Assembly: GCF_964213995.1 (NCBI RefSeq)
Contig: NW_027592528.1
Location: 1-51,794 of the forward strand
Length of the DNA stretch: 51,794 nucleotides
DNA from: Mustelus asterias
Taxonomy: Eukaryota
Reading direction: 5' to 3'
Of this stretch, positions 47,881 through 51,794 are shown piece by piece. The notes beneath the pieces were generated by a model, which worked only from the letters and a program-made list of their open reading frames with translations, made no database searches and was not told where the DNA came from. The position numbers were made by a program, and so were the translations under genes. Each line of letters starts with the position of its first letter. Position 1 is the first letter of the stretch.

Positions 47881-48134
47881 CACTAACCTGCGCATCTTTG
47901 GACACTAAGGGACAATTTAGAAACATAGAATCCCTACAGTACAGAAAGAGGCCATTCGGCCCATCGAGTCTGCACTGACCACAATTCCCTCACAGGCTCC
48001 GGGAATCCGTGGGAAAAGACTTCCGCCGTTCCACCGTTTAATCTGTTCTACGGGGGGTGGTGGGATGGGAGAGAGGGTGGTACGGACCTGGCGTGGGGTC
48101 CACCTGAGGGGGAGAAGTCGACTGGCCCACCGAC

Positions 48135-49155
48135 ACAGATTGTTTCCCTTTTAATTTATTTAAAGTGGATCTGGGTGTGAGTGTGTGGGGTCCACAATGA
48201 TTCTCCCTCCCTAACTGTGAGATTAATTCCCTTTGAATTTATTTTAAGGGGGTCTGTGTGTATGAGTGTGTGTGGGGTCCGTATATGTGTGGGGTCTGTA
48301 TGTGTGTGTGTGAGATCCGCAATTATTTTCCTTCCCTAACTGTAAGATTATTGCCCTTTTAATATATTTAAAGGGGGTCCCGTCTCGCTCGCGCATGTGT
48401 GGGATCTGCAGTGATACTCCCTCACTGACAGACTGTTGCCATTTTAATTTATTTAAAAAGGGTCCAGGTGTGCATGCGTGCGTATGTGTGTGTGTGGGGT
48501 CCACAGTGATTATCCCTCTCTCACTGACAGACTGTTGCCCTTTTAATTTATTCAAAAGGTATCTGGTTGTGTGTGTGTGTGTTATCCACAATGGTTCTCT
48601 CTCACTGACAGACTGTTGCCCTTTTAATTTATTTAAAGGGCATCTGTGTGTGTATGGGCGGGGGAGTGTGTGGGGTCCACAGTGATTCTCCCTCCGTGAC
48701 AGAGTGTTGCCCTTTTAATTTATTTAAAAGGGGTCCGGGGTGTGTGTGTGTGTGGGGTCCACAGTGATTCTCCCTCCGTGACAGGGTGTTGCCCTTTTAA
48801 TTTATTTAAAAGGGGTCCGGGGTGTGTGTGTGTGTGTGTGGGGTCCGCAGTGATTCTCTCTCCCTCGTTGGCAGAATGTTGCCCTCTTAACTTATTTGAA
48901 TGGGGCCCGGATAAGTGTCTGTGTGGGGGTCGCAGCCATTCTCCCTCCCGTGCTGACAGATTGTTGCCCTTTTAATTTATTTAAAGGGGGCCCATGGCGT
49001 GTGTGAGTGTGTGGGGTCCACAATGATTCTCCCTAACTGTGAGATTAATTCCCTTTGAATTTATTTAAAGGGGGTCCGTGTGTATGAGTGTGTGTGCGGT
49101 CCGTATGTGTGTGTGTCTGTGGGGTCCACCGAGAGTCGCCCTCCCTCACTGACGG
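48135..49155 (+). repeat. Variable ~65-120 bp minisatellite (TTGCCCTTTTAATTTATTTAAAGGGG...(TG)n GGGGTCCACAGTGATTCTCCCTC...), ~12 copies
   Basis: Directly visible. Confidence 0.9.
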
Positions 49156-49174
49156 CCCCCTAATTCTTTTCCAG

Positions 49175-49240
49175 GTGTCCGGGCCGACCCTCGGGTCACT
49201 CAGGAGGCGTTGGCCGGGCCGGTGAAGCCGACCCGCCAAT
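49175..49240 (+). pseudogene. Possible Ig V-exon 5' remnant (GVRA-DPRVTQE...VKPTR, then stop)
   Basis: Branch-like CCCTAAT plus TTCTTTTCCAG acceptor, phase 1; VTQ motif; GTG AAG CCG ACC CGC is two substitutions from VKLTC; premature TGA. Confidence 0.4.
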
Positions 49241-49315
49241 GAATGCGTCAACCTGCATGAAAAACAAATGGGGGCCTGACGCTTTGGCGTAGGGTCTTTT
49301 CCACCCTCACCGGCC

Positions 49316-49367
49316 CGCTGTGGCTATGGCGCCGGCAACGGAGCTCCATTGGACGTCAAAAGTGAGT
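49316..49367 (+). pseudogene. Degenerate Ig light-chain-type J segment with heptamer-like CGCTGTG and splice donor
   Basis: 39 nt (49323-49361) between CGCTGTG and a phase-1 GTGAGT donor encode YGAGNGAPLDVK, compared with the consensus xxFGxGTxLxVK; nonamer is poor. Confidence 0.55.
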
Positions 49368-49551
49368 AGCTCGTTATTTGAAAACCCCATCAGGTCAGGT
49401 ACCCCCTCCTCTGAGCAAACTCGCGCTTGCTATTGCACTCTGTTTGAAGGGTTAGTATTGAGGGGAAAGTGTCGATTGACCTCCCCCCCCCACCCCACTT
49501 CCCTTGAGCAAACCCCCGCTTGCTATTGCACTCTGTTTGAGGGGTGGGGTA

Positions 49552-49892
49552 TCATAGAATCCCTACAGTGCAGAAAGAGGCCATTCGGCCCATCGAGTCT
49601 GCACCGACCACAATCCCACCCAGGCCCGACCCCCATATCCCTACATATTTACCCACTAATCCCTCTAACCTACACATCTCAGGACTCTAAGGGGCAATTT
49701 TAACCTGGCCAATCAACCTAACCTGCACATCTTTGGACTGTGGAAGGGAACCGGAGCACCCGGAGGAAACCCACGCAGACACGAGGAGAATGTGCAAACT
49801 CCCACACAGACAGTGACCCGAGCCGGGAATCGAACCCGGGTCCCCTGGAGCTGTGAAGCAGCGGTGCTAAACACTGTGCCACCGTGCCGCCA
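49552..49892 (-). mobile_element. Full HE1-like SINE
   Basis: Reverse complement of the complete consensus. Confidence 0.9.
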
Positions 49893-51429
49893 TTGCGGTA
49901 GCACGGGTATCGAGGGGAAAGTGTCGATTTATCCCCCCTTTCCCCTGAGCAATACCCCGCTTGCTATTGCACTCTATTTGAGGGGATCGTATTGTGGGGA
50001 AAATATTGAATGTTCCCGCACCCCCCCACCAAATTCAGTTCCAGGTCTGCGTGGGGTAAGGTTGGAATAGTGGGATGCGGGGCTGGGGGGGGGGGGAGGT
50101 GTCGGGAGGTGCGACCGGCTTGCTTGCCCCCCCCAGGTTGGGGAGCTGTTGGCCAGGTGGTCCGCATGCCATCTCCCACCACTTTGGGCAGATGAGGGAG
50201 GGGGTGGGGGAGGGTGGGGCACTGCAGTATCTTTCACGAGGTGTCNNNNNNNNNNNNNNNNNNNNNNNNNNNNNNNNNNNNNNNNNNNNNNNNNNNNNNN
50301 NNNNNNNNNNNNNNNNNNNNNNNNNNNNNNNNNNNNNNNNNNNNNNNNNNNNNNNNNNNNNNNNNNNNNNNNNNNNNNNNNNNNNNNNNNNNNNNNNNNN
50401 NNNNNNNNNNNNNNNNNNNNNNNNNNNNNNNNNNNNNNNNNNNNNNNNNNNNNNNNNNNNNNNNNNNNNNNNNNNNNNNNNNNNNNNNNNNNNNNNNNNN
50501 NNNNNNNNNNNNNNNNNNNNNNNNNNNNNNNNNNNNNNNNNNNNNNNNNNNNNNNNNNNNNNNNNNNTTTAACTCGGCCGAATGCACCCAAACCCGCACA
50601 TCTTTCAGATTGTGGAGGGGAATCCGGAGGAAACCCATGCAGACACGGTGGGGGGGAGGGGGGGGGGCAAACCCCTTAGTTCGCAGCTGGAGATAAAGGG
50701 GCTTGGTTCCTGGCCTGACACACACACACATTCCCTTCAATTCCCCCAGCATTTAATTTTGGCCAGATGGAATAATCCTGCTTTATCGCTGCGGTCTTGA
50801 CTCCCGCCATTGAATCTTGCTGCCGTGACCCCCCCACCCCGAACCCACCCCCTCCCCCCATCGGGTTTACCCCGATGGGTCTCGTGGCAGTGACCCCCCC
50901 CCCACCTCCACCCACACCCCAGGGTGGGGGGAAAGGGAAGGAACGGGGAGTCACAAGGGACAAAGAGGGCACCCCCCCATCCCTCCCCCTCCCCCACCCC
51001 GCTGCACTCTCCCCCCCCCCCCGCCCCACCTCCATTCCCTCACTCCGTACCCCATTCCCGTCATACTCCCACCCCCCCGCCCCCCACCTCACTGGACCGG
51101 CCCTCGCAAAATACCCCAACCCTAATCTCACCCCCTCACCCTTCCCCGTGACCTCTCTCGCCCCTCCCCCTCCCCCCCCACCCAACAGGGCCAACCAATG
51201 CCCCAGTTGCCCCCCCTCCCCCTTCCCTGTCCCTAACAGACAGCCCCCCAACCCCACCATTCATTTCCTACCCCAACCTCATCCCCATTGGCCCCTTCCT
51301 GAGTCTCCACAGTCCGGGGCAACCCCCCTTCCCCACTCTGACACGTCATCCCAATACCTCAACCCCCTCCTGACTCCCCCAATCACCCCCTCCCCAAACT
51401 ACCCCAATACCCCCCCCACTCCCAGATAC

Positions 51430-51794
51430 CCCTTCCCCTCACTCCCCGATCCCCCTCACTCCCCGATCCCCCTCACTCCCCGATCCCCCTCACTCCCCAA
51501 TCCCCCTCACTCCCCGATCCCCCTCACTCCCCAATATCCCCTCACTCCCCAATCCCCCTCACTCCCCGATCCCCCTCACTCCCCGATCCCCCTCACTCCC
51601 CAATCCCCCTCACTCCCCGATCCCCCTCACTCCCCAATCCCCCTCACTCCCCGATCCCCCTCACTCCCCGATCCCCCTCACTCCCCAATCTTCCTCACTT
51701 CCCAATATTCCCTCACTCCCCAATCCCCCCCACTCCCCAATCCCCCTCGCTCCCCAATCCCCCTCGCTCCCCAATCCCCCTCGCTCCCCAATCC
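51430..51794 (+). repeat. 17-bp tandem repeat (CCCCCTCACTCCCCGAT)n running off the window
   Basis: Directly visible. Confidence 0.93.

Overview
Eukaryotic, repeat-dense genomic DNA from a cartilaginous fish, inferred from HE1/V-SINE-type SINEs and CR1 and Rex1/Babar LINEs. It contains six N gaps. Gene content is sparse. (1) A + strand last coding exon (1140-1223, LRDSKGRKDEEEGEDDGGDDANGQDDH*) resembles the C-terminus of hnRNP C and is followed by a long 3' UTR with an embedded polypyrimidine repeat. (2) An intact immunoglobulin light-chain constant exon lies on the - strand (18028-18353), convergent with HNRNPC and separated from it by about 9 kb of pyrimidine-rich satellite. No V or J exon is visible upstream of it on its own strand. 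(3) A degenerate V-start plus J-segment remnant lies on the + strand near 49.2-49.4 kb, opposite in orientation to the C exon. The space between is deeply nested retroelements. These include a CR1 LINE with an intact ORF2, SINE-internal 52-bp tandem arrays and a 314-bp U2-snRNA-headed insertion with an 11-bp target-site duplication. A small unique island carries an exact lambda-B-type PU.1/IRF element. Repeat boundaries are by eye and approximate. Family and isotype names rest on recalled motifs, not database searches.
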